DNA from: Betaproteobacteria bacterium
GTDB lineage: Bacteria > Pseudomonadota > Gammaproteobacteria > Burkholderiales > SG8-41
Direction of reading: 5' to 3'
Assembly (NCBI GenBank): GCA_947486575.1
Contig: CANKUB010000006.1
Span: 2,455-66,454 of the forward strand
Length of the DNA: 64,000 nucleotides
Shown: positions 1-9,860 of the stretch, one piece after another
Position numbering within the stretch: the stretch's first letter is position 1
How the letters are laid out: every line of letters begins with the position of its first letter
Translations under genes and position numbers: made by a program
The notes under the pieces: generated by a model
Told to the model about the DNA's origin: nothing
Database searches by the model: none
What the model saw: the letters and a program-made list of their open reading frames with translations, nothing else

Positions 1-456
1 GATCGTGCCCGGCTTGGCCTTGGCAACGCTCACCAACTCCGGCACCGTGCGCGCCGCCACCGACGGATGGATCACCAGCACCAGTGGGTTGAGTGTGCAG
101 ATTGAAATCGGCGCAAAACCTTTTTCGGCATCGTAGGGCAACTTGCTGTAAATGTAGGGGTTGATGCTGATGGTGGAAATATTGGTCTGGATAAAGGTGT
201 AGCCATCGGGAGGCGCTTTGGCGGTGGCCTCCATCGCGATGATGCCCGCTGCGCCACCGCGATTATCGACCACCACTTGCTGGTCGAGCGCCTCACCCAG
301 GCGCGAGGCATATGAACGCGCCACAAAATCTGCGCCGCCGCCGGGCGGCACCGGCACGATCATGCGGACGGGCTTATTGGGATAATTCTGCGCATTGACT
401 TGCGGTGCGACATACAATAAAAATATCAATAATAACAAATAGTTACGATGCGTCAT
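1..456 (-). CDS. Bug/TctC-family periplasmic solute-binding protein (TTT receptor); C-terminal part lies outside the window
   Basis: Absent from the ORF track because it is open at the window edge. Reverse translation from ATG at 454-456 gives MTHRNYLLLLIFLLYVAPQVNAQNYPNKPVRMIVPVPPGGGADFVARSYASRLGEALDQQVVVDNRGGAAGI: a signal peptide followed by the YP-x-KPVR-x-IVP..GG..D Bug signature. Confidence 0.85.
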   Translation of the reverse strand, partial: MTHRNYLLLLIFLLYVAPQVNAQNYPNKPVRMIVPVPPGGGADFVARSYASRLGEALDQQVVVDNRGGAAGIIAMEATAKAPPDGYTFIQTNISTISINPYIYSKLPYDAEKGFAPISICTLNPLVLVIHPSVAARTVPELVSVAKAKPGTI

Positions 457-473
457 TTTAAACCTGACCGGTT

Positions 474-1463
474 TCATTCGGGTTGAATGCCTGCCTTACG
501 CACCACCTCTGACCATTTGGCAATTTCTTTTTTAACGTACGCGCCGAATGCTTCCGGCGTGCCGACAATGGCATCGGTAGATTGCGCTGCCAGCTTTTCT
601 TTCACATCCGCAGCCTGCATCGCCTGATTGATTTCGCTGTTGAGCTTGTTGACGATGGCGCGCGGCGTGCCTGCGGGCGCGAAGATGCCATACCACGTGG
701 TAACTTCGAGATTCGGCATGCCCGCTTCAATCGCGGTTGGCACGTCCGGCAACGTTGGCGAACGCTGCGGCGCGATAACCGCCAGCCCGCGCAGTCGGCC
801 CGTCTTGATGTGCGGTGCGGGCGCAGGGATGCCGATAAACAGCGCGTGAACCTGACCGCTGATCACATCGTTCATCGCGAGGCTTGATCCCTTATACGCG
901 ATATGCACAAGGTTCACGCCCGCTTGGAGCTTGAACAATTCTGCTGCGAGATGCAACGAAGTACCTACGCCACTCGACGCATAATTCAAGCTACCGGGTT
1001 TGGCTTTTGCCAGCGCGATGAATTCCTTGAGCGTGGCCGCAGGCAGATTACCCGGCGTGACAATCACCATCGGCACCGCAGCCACTCGCGCAATTGGCGC
1101 GAAATCCTTCACGGTATCGTAGCCCAGCTTTTTGTAGAGGCTGGGGCTGATGGTGATATTTGGCGCCACCAGCAGCAGCGTATAGCCGTCGGGCGCTGCG
1201 CGTGCAGCGAGCTCTATACCTAGATTGCCCGCAGCACCGGGGCGATTATCGATAATGACCTGCTGCCCCATAGACTGCGTGAGTTTTTGGCCGATGAGCC
1301 GCGCAATAAACTCAGTAGCGCCGCCCGGTGGAAAACCAACAATGAAGCGTATCGGTTTGGTCGGGTAAGCCTGTGCTGAGTCAGTCAACGCGGGCTGGGC
1401 CGTAACCCAACCGGCGTGACCCAGGCCTGCCACTGCCAGTAACTTTATAATCGTACGCTGCAT
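474..1463 (-). CDS. Bug/TctC-family periplasmic solute-binding protein
   Basis: The ORF 474..1661 is trimmed to the internal ATG at 1461-1463 (MQRTIIKLLAVAGLG..., signal peptide). It carries YPTKPIRFIVGFPPGGATE, VIIDNRPGAAGN, APDGYT and the C-terminal KAGIQPE motif typical of Bug proteins. Confidence 0.9.
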   Translation of the reverse strand: MQRTIIKLLAVAGLGHAGWVTAQPALTDSAQAYPTKPIRFIVGFPPGGATEFIARLIGQKLTQSMGQQVIIDNRPGAAGNLGIELAARAAPDGYTLLLVAPNITISPSLYKKLGYDTVKDFAPIARVAAVPMVIVTPGNLPAATLKEFIALAKAKPGSLNYASSGVGTSLHLAAELFKLQAGVNLVHIAYKGSSLAMNDVISGQVHALFIGIPAPAPHIKTGRLRGLAVIAPQRSPTLPDVPTAIEAGMPNLEVTTWYGIFAPAGTPRAIVNKLNSEINQAMQAADVKEKLAAQSTDAIVGTPEAFGAYVKKEIAKWSEVVRKAGIQPE

Positions 1464-1467
1464 CGTG

Positions 1468-2421
1468 TCACTTTCTGTCGTCGTTTTCCGGAATCGGATA
1501 AGGCACAGGCTTGCCCGCAAAATGCGCCTCCAGATTTGCCAGCACCTTGCGGCCACGCTCAACGCGTATTTCCTGCGTGTGCGTACCAATATGCGGTGCC
1601 AGCACCACGTTTTCCATTTCCAGCAGCGCCGCTGGAACCTGAGGCTCATCCCAGAAAACATCGAGCCCCGCGCCCGCCAGATTATTTTCCTGTAGCGCTG
1701 TAATCAATGCCGCTTCATTCACCACTGGACCGCGTGCCACATTGATCAAATATCCGCCCGGCCCCAGCGCCTGCAACACCTTCGCATCGACAAGATCGCG
1801 CGTTTGCGCTGTCAACGGACAGCACACCACCAGCACATCCACGTCGCGCGCCATTGCCAGCAGATCGCTGTAGTAGGGATGAGATGATTGCTTCCGGTTT
1901 GGCCCGTGGTAACAAACCGTCATGTCGAACGCCTGCACGCGTCTGGCTACGCCCTGCCCTATCGCGCCATAACCAATGATGCCGCAGCGTTTGCCGTGAA
2001 CCTCGTTACCGGCAAGCGTGATCTCTTTTTCCCACCGGCCCGCACGGATAAAACGGTCGCTAACCGCAATGCGCCGCATCACGTCAATCATCAGGCCCAG
2101 CGCAAGATCGGCCACTGATTCGGTAATGGCATCGGGCGTGCGCGTGCAGATAATATGGCGTGCCTTCGCCTCAACCAGATCGAGCGTGTTGCGCGGCGAG
2201 CCAAAGCACGCAATGATTTCAAGTCTGGGCAACACCCTCATCGTCGCCGTATCGCAGCCGCCCAGCCCTGAGGTAACCACACCACGTATGCGAGTTGCGA
2301 CAGTCTTCAAAAATGCGTCGCGATCCGGCTGCATCCAGAGTTTGTGAATCACATACTGCTGCTCCAGCGCTGCCAGCGTTGGCGCAAATATGGGCAGCAG
2401 TACCAGAATTTCCGGTTTCAT
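1468..2421 (-). CDS. D-isomer-specific 2-hydroxyacid dehydrogenase (glyoxylate/hydroxypyruvate reductase-like)
   Basis: It has the NAD-binding motif GIIGYGAIGQGVARR, plus NVARG and LAPHIG motifs. The start is placed at ATG 2419-2421 (MKPEILVL), which is preceded by AGGAG; the track start at 2442 is a GTG. Confidence 0.85.
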   Translation of the reverse strand: MKPEILVLLPIFAPTLAALEQQYVIHKLWMQPDRDAFLKTVATRIRGVVTSGLGGCDTATMRVLPRLEIIACFGSPRNTLDLVEAKARHIICTRTPDAITESVADLALGLMIDVMRRIAVSDRFIRAGRWEKEITLAGNEVHGKRCGIIGYGAIGQGVARRVQAFDMTVCYHGPNRKQSSHPYYSDLLAMARDVDVLVVCCPLTAQTRDLVDAKVLQALGPGGYLINVARGPVVNEAALITALQENNLAGAGLDVFWDEPQVPAALLEMENVVLAPHIGTHTQEIRVERGRKVLANLEAHFAGKPVPYPIPENDDRK

Positions 2422-2438
2422 GGCGTCAATGCTCCTGT

Positions 2439-3422
2439 TCACTCACCCTTGATACCAGCCTCTTTGATGACCTTGCCAAAGCGCGCGGCTTCACTGCGGA
2501 TGAACTGGCCGAATTGCTCGGGCGTGCTGGTCATTGGCTCGACACCAGCGGCGGTAAATCGCTGTTGAGTATCCGGTGCATTCACGGCTTTGATGATCTC
2601 GCTGTTCAATCGCGAGATCATTGCCGCCGGTGTACCGGTGGGCGTGAGCATGCCATACCACACCAGCACTTCGGCATTCTTAAGCCCCTGCTCCGCCGTT
2701 GTTGGCACGTCGGGCATATACGACAGACGTTTCTCGGCCAGCACCGCGAGTGCGCGTACTTTACCGCCTTTGATCTGCCCGAGCGCCGAGGGCGCGGCCA
2801 TGATCAGCATATCAACCTGCCCGCTCACCATGCCTATCAGCGCGAGGCCCGAGCCTTTGTAGGGCACGTGCACGATATCGAGCTTTTCAAGGTTTTTCAG
2901 CAACTCAGGCGCGAGATGCGTGGTGGTGCCGATACCGCCGGAACCGTAGTTCAATTTACCGGGCGCAGCGCGCGCGATGCGCACCAGTTCCTGTAGGTTT
3001 TTGGCAGGCACTGACGGATGAACCAGCAACACGTTCAGCACTGCACCCACCAGCGAGATAGGCGCAAGGTCTTTGTACGGATCGTAATTCAGTCGGGTAT
3101 AAAGGTGAGGGCTGAGCGAAATCACCGGCGAACTCAACACGATGGTGTAACCATCCTGCGGCGCTTTAGCGGCCAGTTCCAGGCCAATGTTGCCGCTGGC
3201 CCCCGGGCGATTATCGGTAGGCACCTGCTGCCCCATTTGCTCGCCCAGTTTTTGCGCCAGCAGACGTCCCACCAGATCAGTGGGCCCGCCGGGCGGAAAC
3301 GGCAGAATCATGCGCACGGGCTTGACCGGGTAATTTTGCGCCAGCACCGCGCCAGCGCCGCACGCGACAGCCAAAGCCGTGCCCAGATGCGAGCCCAGCT
3401 GGATAACCCGCTTTCGAATCAT
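2439..3422 (-). CDS. Bug/TctC-family periplasmic solute-binding protein
   Basis: Motifs YPVKPVRMILPFPPGGPTD, PTDNRPGASGN, PQDGYT and C-terminal EAGIKGE. The start is at ATG 3420-3422 (MIRKRV), preceded by GAGGAG. Confidence 0.9.
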   Translation of the reverse strand: MIRKRVIQLGSHLGTALAVACGAGAVLAQNYPVKPVRMILPFPPGGPTDLVGRLLAQKLGEQMGQQVPTDNRPGASGNIGLELAAKAPQDGYTIVLSSPVISLSPHLYTRLNYDPYKDLAPISLVGAVLNVLLVHPSVPAKNLQELVRIARAAPGKLNYGSGGIGTTTHLAPELLKNLEKLDIVHVPYKGSGLALIGMVSGQVDMLIMAAPSALGQIKGGKVRALAVLAEKRLSYMPDVPTTAEQGLKNAEVLVWYGMLTPTGTPAAMISRLNSEIIKAVNAPDTQQRFTAAGVEPMTSTPEQFGQFIRSEAARFGKVIKEAGIKGE

Positions 3423-3511
3423 TTCAGTCTCCTCAAACAAACGCGCCGGGACATGCCCGGCGCTGATAATGCTATCGCTTCGTCCGCTAATCGCGAATCT
3501 GGGTTGTTACG

Positions 3512-4699
3512 TTACTTTAAACGCTTCAGAATCTTGAGACGTTGCACATTGTCACCAGCAAGGTGCGTCCACACCATTGCGTCGCGCACCAGCTTATCGA
3601 CACGCGAATTCATCATGCAGCCCTCGGCACCGTGTATCTGCATGTTGAGCTGCGTGACGCGCTGGATGATATCGGTCGAGTAATTCATCACAAAACCGGC
3701 ATTGGCGGAATGCTCGCCCGCATCGTGCTGCCACGCCGTGCGCATCACGAAAGAACGCAACGCCTCGGTAAGCATGTGCATTTCGTGAACGCTGAGTGCG
3801 ACGAGCTGATGCTCCATCAGATATTTGCCAGCACGTTTGTGGGTGCGCGCGTAGGCCGTGCCCAATTCAACGGCATCGTCACACACACCCAGCGCATTCG
3901 CCGCCAATTCCAGATCACCGAAGATATCCCCGCCTGTGGTGTCGCCCTTGCCGGCTTTGACTGAACCGGTGCCCACTGCGCCCACGATATTCTCTTTCGG
4001 CAAGCGTGCGTTTTCGAATATCAGTTCGGCATTCTGATAAAAGCGCCAGCCCCGCTTGTTGAACACCTTGCCGATGCGAAAACCCGGTGTGCCCTTGGGC
4101 ACCATGAACAGCGTGCCGCCCTGCTTGATGTTGACATCCGGATTGGTGCGAGTGTCGACGAAAAACAGCGACCCTACGCTGCCATTAGCGATAAAACATT
4201 TTTCGCCATTGAGCACCCATTCGTCGCCGTCCTGCACGGCCTTAACCCGGTAGCCTGCCTTGGGGTCATCTTCCGGCGGCATACGGTTATCTGAGCCTGA
4301 GTTTGGCTCGGTGATACCGCGGCCCATCACATAGCGATGATTGGCGAGAAACGGCTTGAGAAAGCGTTCTTTCTGGTCATCCGTGCACGCCATCGACATC
4401 AAGTGGCTCCACTTCCAGTTCTGACTGAAAGCTTTGGACATGGCGCTGTCGCCCTTGGCCAGTTCCGCCATCACGATCGCCTGGGATACGAAATCTGCTC
4501 CCGGTCCGCCCCACGACTTGGGCACTGCCAGCGTACGAAAGCCGAGTTTGGAGCCTGCCTCGATTATGTCCCAATCCCATGGCGCGAAGCCACCTTCGAT
4601 TTGATCACGTGCCACTGAGGCGGGGCGCAAAACGTCTGCGGCAAATTTACGCGCCTCAGCCTGCCAGTGACGTTGTTCTTCGTTGAGCGAAAAATCCAT
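3512..4699 (-). CDS. Acyl-CoA dehydrogenase family protein with the canonical C-terminal catalytic Glu position substituted
   Basis: The 395-aa product shows ACAD architecture. The C-terminal helix reads RDAMVWTHLAGDNVQRLKI where MCAD-type enzymes read [19 protein letters not shown], so Ala or Leu sits at the Glu position. Confidence 0.85.
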   Translation of the reverse strand: MDFSLNEEQRHWQAEARKFAADVLRPASVARDQIEGGFAPWDWDIIEAGSKLGFRTLAVPKSWGGPGADFVSQAIVMAELAKGDSAMSKAFSQNWKWSHLMSMACTDDQKERFLKPFLANHRYVMGRGITEPNSGSDNRMPPEDDPKAGYRVKAVQDGDEWVLNGEKCFIANGSVGSLFFVDTRTNPDVNIKQGGTLFMVPKGTPGFRIGKVFNKRGWRFYQNAELIFENARLPKENIVGAVGTGSVKAGKGDTTGGDIFGDLELAANALGVCDDAVELGTAYARTHKRAGKYLMEHQLVALSVHEMHMLTEALRSFVMRTAWQHDAGEHSANAGFVMNYSTDIIQRVTQLNMQIHGAEGCMMNSRVDKLVRDAMVWTHLAGDNVQRLKILKRLK

Positions 4700-4723
4700 A
4701 ATCTGTCCTTAGATGTCTTTAAC

Positions 4724-5977
4724 TCAAGCCGCAAGTTTGCGTTGGTAGCCAGCAACGGATTCAGCAATCTGCAGCTTGGCCGCGCCATCGGTATCTTCCG
4801 AATGCGCAAAAATGAAACCGTCGTTCACATATTTTTGCAACGGCATATCGCGCATCACACCCATCGCGCCGAAGCACTCAGCGGCAAGCAAGGTCACTTC
4901 GTGCACCGCTTCCGCAGAGGCCACGCGCGCGATCACGTGTAATGGCAGTTCTGACAAGCTGCGGTCAGCAACGGCTTCGGGATGATCCAAGGCCCACGCC
5001 GCTTTCCATACCATGTTGCGCGAGAGTTCAAGTTTGATGGTGCAATCGGCAATCTTGGTGCCAATGGCCTGATGCTCCATGATATTGCGCCCACCCTGAC
5101 GACGCATTTTGGCGTAATCCACTGCGGCATCGTAGCTGGCGCGACCCACGCCAAGGCTCACCGCCGCCATCGCCACCTGGTTACGCGCCAACAGTTTGCC
5201 GTCGGCAAACGGACATGCCCCTTCTTTACCCAGCAAATTCGCCGCAGAAACTTTGCAATCTTTCAATTCAATGGCTGCTGCTGTGCCGTGATGCCAGCGC
5301 GTCAGGGTGTTGTCCGGGCCACCAAATGCGCTGATGGTGTTTTGCACTTTGAAACCAGCAGTGTCGTGCGGAATCAAAAAGGTTGAAAGACCATTCATGC
5401 CTTTGCTGCCCGCACTGGTACGCACCTGCACGGCAAACAATTTTGCCAGCGGCGCATTCGATACCGCTTCAATGCGGCCATTGATTACCCAATCATTGCC
5501 CTGCTTCACTGCTGTGGGAATAACCAAATCTTCGTCGTAAGCATCGCGATGATAGGTCCAGCCGATTCCCGCTTCCATCGTGGTGCCCGCAAACGCCAGG
5601 TGGTAGTTGTCATCGTCGACAAACGCCTTTACGTGCCTGGCTTTTTGCTCGGCAGTCATCAGCGTATCGAACAGCGTGCGGCCCAGCGCAGCCGTAGTAC
5701 CAAGAATCGTTGCCACATCCACTTCACCGGATGCCAGCTCTTCGAGCACGATGCACGTCGTCAGGTTATCCGCACCGGCGCCACCCGCGTCTTCGGACAA
5801 TGCCAGTGTGCGTATGCCGAGTTGCGTGGCGCTTTTGAGCAGATTCGTCATCACCGGCTTTTCAAAGGGCTGCAGACGGTCTGGATGAATGGCGGCAGCT
5901 TTCATTTCGCGCTGCGCAAAATCGCGTAGGGTATCGCGCATTTCGAGCTGCTCAGGGGTCAGCGTAAGATTGAACAT
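4724..5977 (-). CDS. Acyl-CoA dehydrogenase family protein with the catalytic Glu retained
   Basis: The 417-aa product has a C-terminus NDGFIFAHSEDTDGAAKLQIA that aligns without gaps to [21 protein letters not shown], with Glu conserved. Confidence 0.85.
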   Translation of the reverse strand: MFNLTLTPEQLEMRDTLRDFAQREMKAAAIHPDRLQPFEKPVMTNLLKSATQLGIRTLALSEDAGGAGADNLTTCIVLEELASGEVDVATILGTTAALGRTLFDTLMTAEQKARHVKAFVDDDNYHLAFAGTTMEAGIGWTYHRDAYDEDLVIPTAVKQGNDWVINGRIEAVSNAPLAKLFAVQVRTSAGSKGMNGLSTFLIPHDTAGFKVQNTISAFGGPDNTLTRWHHGTAAAIELKDCKVSAANLLGKEGACPFADGKLLARNQVAMAAVSLGVGRASYDAAVDYAKMRRQGGRNIMEHQAIGTKIADCTIKLELSRNMVWKAAWALDHPEAVADRSLSELPLHVIARVASAEAVHEVTLLAAECFGAMGVMRDMPLQKYVNDGFIFAHSEDTDGAAKLQIAESVAGYQRKLAA

Positions 5978-6086
5978 AAGTATTTGATTCCATTAAAAAC
6001 TTCAGAAATAGGCCAGAACAATATAGCCCTGCCGGATGAAGGCGAGACTATAGCGGGAAGCGCGTTCGTTGAAAAGGCTAGAAAGG

Positions 6087-6551
6087 CTAGTAATGCGACT
6101 TGAAGCTGATCGCGTCGCGGTATTTGATATCTTCGAGATCGATGTACGAGCGCTTGGTCGCCTTGTCCACGGTGAACTGCATCTTGCGATTGGTTTCATT
6201 GCAGGCGCGAATGTCGATCAGTTCCAGCGCCTCTTTCACCTCCCACTCATGCGCGCCCGCGATACCTGCCGGCGCATAAATGATCGAACCGGCTTCGACT
6301 TCAAATTCCTTGCCGTTGATGTCCCGCACCGTCGCGTGACCCGAAATCACATAATACGTCGCTTCAATCGGATGCCAGTGCAATTGTTCATAGGTGCCGG
6401 GCTTGTAACTCGCGCGCCCGAGCCGCACACGGTCAGTCATAAACACTTCGGGCCATCCGATGAGCCGCGTGTAGGTCTGCCCGTCAGTCACGCCACGTGA
6501 CCCTTTGTAGTCTTTTTCGTTAATCACCCGCAGGGTTGATTCCACTTCCAT
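6087..6551 (-). CDS. Cupin-domain protein, probably metal-binding
   Basis: Cupin motif 1 is LHWHPIEATYYVISG (H-x-H-x4-E). Cupin motif 2 is GSIIYAPAGIAGAHEW. Confidence 0.75.
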   Translation of the reverse strand: MEVESTLRVINEKDYKGSRGVTDGQTYTRLIGWPEVFMTDRVRLGRASYKPGTYEQLHWHPIEATYYVISGHATVRDINGKEFEVEAGSIIYAPAGIAGAHEWEVKEALELIDIRACNETNRKMQFTVDKATKRSYIDLEDIKYRDAISFKSHY

Positions 6552-6572
6552 TTTTGGTGCTCCCGATTAAAA

Positions 6573-7361
6573 TTATTCGCCAGTGAATTTGGGCTTGCGC
6601 TTCTCACGCCAGGCTTTGTGCGCTTCGTCTTTGTCCTTCGACATCTCCAGCACCATAAAGCGATAGGCGTCTGTCAGGGACGCATCTTGCAAGTTTGATA
6701 TGTCCATGCCGCGAATGATCGATTCCTTGGTCAGGCTCACCGCCAACGGTGGCAGCGCAGCGATGTGCTCGGCGATCTCCTGCGTTTTGGCTTTGAGTTC
6801 TGCGTGCGGCACGTACCATTGCGCCACGCCCAGCCGGTACGCTTCTTCCCCTTTCAATGGAAATCCCATCGCCAGCCGCATGCCCATACCTTTGCCCGCG
6901 TAGCGCGCCAACCGCGTGCCGCCGCCGTAATTCGGAATAATCCCCAGCGCCACCTGCGGCAAGCGCCACTCGGATTTATCGGAAGCCACAATCAAATCAC
7001 AGGCCAGACTGATGATTGCTCCGACACCAATCGCGTAACCATTCACTGACGCAATCACCGGCTTGGGGAAATCGCCCAGCAGATTCGCCGGGAACATGCG
7101 TGGCCGACGTAACTTTTTGACAAACTGCTTTGCGCCGCCGGTCACATGCGCATTGGCTTTTTTCAGATTAGCACCAGCCGAAAACGCACCACCGGATTCG
7201 TCGCCCGTTAGTATGACCACGCGCACATCGTCATCGTCCGTGGCCTTGTTCAGTTCAGCAACCAGACCCTCGTTGTAATCCTCATCCCAGGCATTGCGCA
7301 CTGCCGGACGGCTGAGCGTCAGCGTGAGGATGTGTCCCTTCTTTTCCGCCAAGAGCGGCAT
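6573..7361 (-). CDS. Enoyl-CoA hydratase/isomerase (crotonase) family protein
   Basis: The 262-aa product shows a crotonase-like pattern: LTLSRPAVRNAWD, VVILTGDESGGAFSAGANL and PVIASVNGYAIGVG. Confidence 0.85.
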   Translation of the reverse strand: MPLLAEKKGHILTLTLSRPAVRNAWDEDYNEGLVAELNKATDDDDVRVVILTGDESGGAFSAGANLKKANAHVTGGAKQFVKKLRRPRMFPANLLGDFPKPVIASVNGYAIGVGAIISLACDLIVASDKSEWRLPQVALGIIPNYGGGTRLARYAGKGMGMRLAMGFPLKGEEAYRLGVAQWYVPHAELKAKTQEIAEHIAALPPLAVSLTKESIIRGMDISNLQDASLTDAYRFMVLEMSKDKDEAHKAWREKRKPKFTGE

Positions 7362-7397
7362 ACGCTATCTCCTTGTTTTTAAATATCTTTTCGTGAG

Positions 7398-8834
7398 CTA
7401 TGCAGCCACTAGCGCAGGCGCCGGGTGTCCAGCCACTGCCAACATTGCCAGCGTGGTGGCGAATGCCTGCGCGTCGGTCAGTTGTTCCAGTTCAAGCACG
7501 GCATCGCAAATCGATTGAGCCCGTGCGGCGGTCAAAACGCCAATCGTATTCTGCATGAACTTCTCGATAATCGCATCAGCACTCGCTGGCTCATCGGGCA
7601 GAATATTGTCACGATGCCGCAGTTCGCGCCCGTCTTTCATCTTGACGATTACTTCGCCGGAGCGTGATTTTGGAAAACCCGGGTTCGGGTCTATCTCATA
7701 GCTGACCTTATTCGCCAGCTTCAGCAAATCCGCATCGGTATACGAAGGCGCCTCAATTTCATTCAGCCCAAATTTGCCACGCACCAGCGCGCACGCCACC
7801 GAGTACGGCAGGCTGAACTGCGCCGAATAGCTGCTCGCCGGTTTGAGTTTGGATGCGAGCGGTTCGCAAACCAGCGGCACTGCGGCATCCGCTATCAGCG
7901 TGCGTACCGATTCAACATTGTCCGCGCTAAACGGTTGCGATTGTTCCTTTGACAGTTTGATCGCGCAGTTCATGAACGCATGCAGTTGGTGGCAAGCCGG
8001 AAACAGCTTGATCGACGTGCGTGTGAATTCCCAGGTTTCGCCCAAACCTTCGACCACGGACTTCGGTTGCGCGCTGGCCTTATGCTCTCCAAGAAAGCAG
8101 GTGTAGAGGCCGAAGTGACCTTCATACGCTTGCGCCGGGCCGACGTAGCCTGCCCGCGCAAACGCGGCTGCGGTAATCCCCGAAGCGCCCGCCCAGCCCG
8201 GATGCAGCCGTTTGGTCCACGAGCCCTCCTGCAATGGCTGCAATGTCCCTGAGGTAACGGAAAGCGCCACACCCTGCGCCAGCGCGTGTTGCTCGGCATT
8301 AAGTTTCATCAGTCGGCCTGCGGCTACCGTGCTGCCGAAAACACCAGCGATACCGGTGGCGTGAAATCCCGCGTTGACAAAGCCCCCCTTGGCCGCAGCC
8401 GCAATTCGCGCAGAGATTTCCAGCCCGAGCAGCGTCGCCATCAACATGTCTTTGCCATTGGCTTTGGCGTGCACACCCATACCCAGCACAACCGGTATGC
8501 AACTCGCCGACAGATGCACCGAGCCCGGCAAGTAAGTGTCGTCGTAATCTAGACCGTGCACGAGTATACCGTTCATCACCACGGCGTCGCGCAGTGCGAG
8601 CCTCGCTTGATTGCCGATCACTACGCTATCGCCGGTGCCCAGACTGCTCAACGCCGACAGTGCAATGGGCGCAAACGGATAGCGAGAAGCGGCAAACGCC
8701 GTGCCGATGGCATCCAGCATCACCAACTTGGCACGTTCACGAACGGTCGGTGGAATATCGTCATAGCTGCGCGAGGCGACAAACTGCGCCACCTGCTGCG
8801 ATAGCGTTGGGGATAAAATTTGGGTATTGCTCAT
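7398..8834 (-). CDS. MmgE/PrpD family protein
   Basis: The 478-aa product has the N-terminus LSQQVAQFVASRSYDDIPPTVRERAKLVMLDAIG, typical of MmgE/PrpD. It is a paralog of five other ORFs in the window. Confidence 0.85.
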   Translation of the reverse strand: MSNTQILSPTLSQQVAQFVASRSYDDIPPTVRERAKLVMLDAIGTAFAASRYPFAPIALSALSSLGTGDSVVIGNQARLALRDAVVMNGILVHGLDYDDTYLPGSVHLSASCIPVVLGMGVHAKANGKDMLMATLLGLEISARIAAAAKGGFVNAGFHATGIAGVFGSTVAAGRLMKLNAEQHALAQGVALSVTSGTLQPLQEGSWTKRLHPGWAGASGITAAAFARAGYVGPAQAYEGHFGLYTCFLGEHKASAQPKSVVEGLGETWEFTRTSIKLFPACHQLHAFMNCAIKLSKEQSQPFSADNVESVRTLIADAAVPLVCEPLASKLKPASSYSAQFSLPYSVACALVRGKFGLNEIEAPSYTDADLLKLANKVSYEIDPNPGFPKSRSGEVIVKMKDGRELRHRDNILPDEPASADAIIEKFMQNTIGVLTAARAQSICDAVLELEQLTDAQAFATTLAMLAVAGHPAPALVAA

Positions 8835-8860
8835 GGTTGGTTGCTCTCGAATAGCTGTCG

Positions 8861-9853
8861 TTAATCCGCTTTCATGCCCACTGCCTGTATCACCCGCCTG
8901 TTCTGCTCCAGCTCGCGGTTGATCATTTTTGCGAATTCCTGCGGCGTATTTCCCACGGCGTCGGTGCCAGATGCGGCAAATTTGTCGCGGGTTTCAGGCT
9001 GCCGCAATACCGCTTTGATTTGCGTATGCAGATAATCCACGATCGGGGCGGGTAAATTGGCTGGCCCCAGAACGCCCTGCCATGGCGCTGTTTCAAAATC
9101 CTTTACACCCGCTTCCGCCAGCGTCGGCACATCAGGTAGATACGACACCCGCTGCTGACCTGACGTGCCCAGTATTTTCACACGACCTGTTTTAATGAAC
9201 GCCATCACCGTTGGCGGTGTAGTAAATATGAGTTGCACTTCACCGCCGAGCAGTGCGGTTAAAGCGGGCGCACCTCCTTTGAACGGTACCGAAACCATTT
9301 TGGTATTGGTGAGCATCTTGAACAGCTCCGCCGCCAGCGCCCCGGAACTACTGGGCGTTGCGAGCGCTACATTCAGCACGCCCGGTTTCGCTTTGGCCAG
9401 CGCAATGAGTTCCTGCGTGGTGTTGGCAGGCACATTGGCATTTATAGCGAGCAACAACGGCTGCTGGCCGGCCAGTGTGATCGGCGTGAAATCCTTGTAG
9501 ACATCGTACGGTACCTTGCGATAAATAAACGGCACAATGGTGTGAGCCGCGTAAGTGAACAACAGCGTATAGCCATCCGCCCGCGCGTTCGCAACGATTT
9601 CATTGCCCAGCACGCCGCCAGCGCCGGGGCGGTTATCGACCACGAAAGACTGGCCAACGGCTTCACTCAACTTGCTGACGGTGAGGCGCGCGATGATATC
9701 GGTGCCGCCGCCAGCGGCAACGGGCACGATCACTCGCACCGGGCGTTCGGGGTAACGTGCTGTGCCCTTGACTACGGATTGCGCGTGTGCGCCATCGACC
9801 GCCAACACGGCGGAACAGAAAAATATATTTAAAAACAATGCGTTACGATTCAT
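8861..9853 (-). CDS. Bug/TctC-family periplasmic solute-binding protein
   Basis: A signal peptide followed by YPERPVRVIVPVAAGGGTD, VVDNRPGAGG and ADGYT. Confidence 0.9.
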   Translation of the reverse strand: MNRNALFLNIFFCSAVLAVDGAHAQSVVKGTARYPERPVRVIVPVAAGGGTDIIARLTVSKLSEAVGQSFVVDNRPGAGGVLGNEIVANARADGYTLLFTYAAHTIVPFIYRKVPYDVYKDFTPITLAGQQPLLLAINANVPANTTQELIALAKAKPGVLNVALATPSSSGALAAELFKMLTNTKMVSVPFKGGAPALTALLGGEVQLIFTTPPTVMAFIKTGRVKILGTSGQQRVSYLPDVPTLAEAGVKDFETAPWQGVLGPANLPAPIVDYLHTQIKAVLRQPETRDKFAASGTDAVGNTPQEFAKMINRELEQNRRVIQAVGMKAD

Positions 9854-9860
9854 ATCGCGA

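Noticed and set aside
72-326. An 84-aa minus-strand ORF at the window start.
   Set aside because: It is out of frame relative to the well-supported partial Bug gene (1..456), whose translation shows the signal peptide and the YPNKPVRMIVP box.
5978-6086. A short tandem duplication AAAGGCTAG-AAAGGCTAG next to the cupin stop codon.
   Set aside because: There are only two 9-bp units, they overlap the stop codon region, and there is no accompanying hairpin or conserved box. This is most simply a slippage duplication of no evident function.
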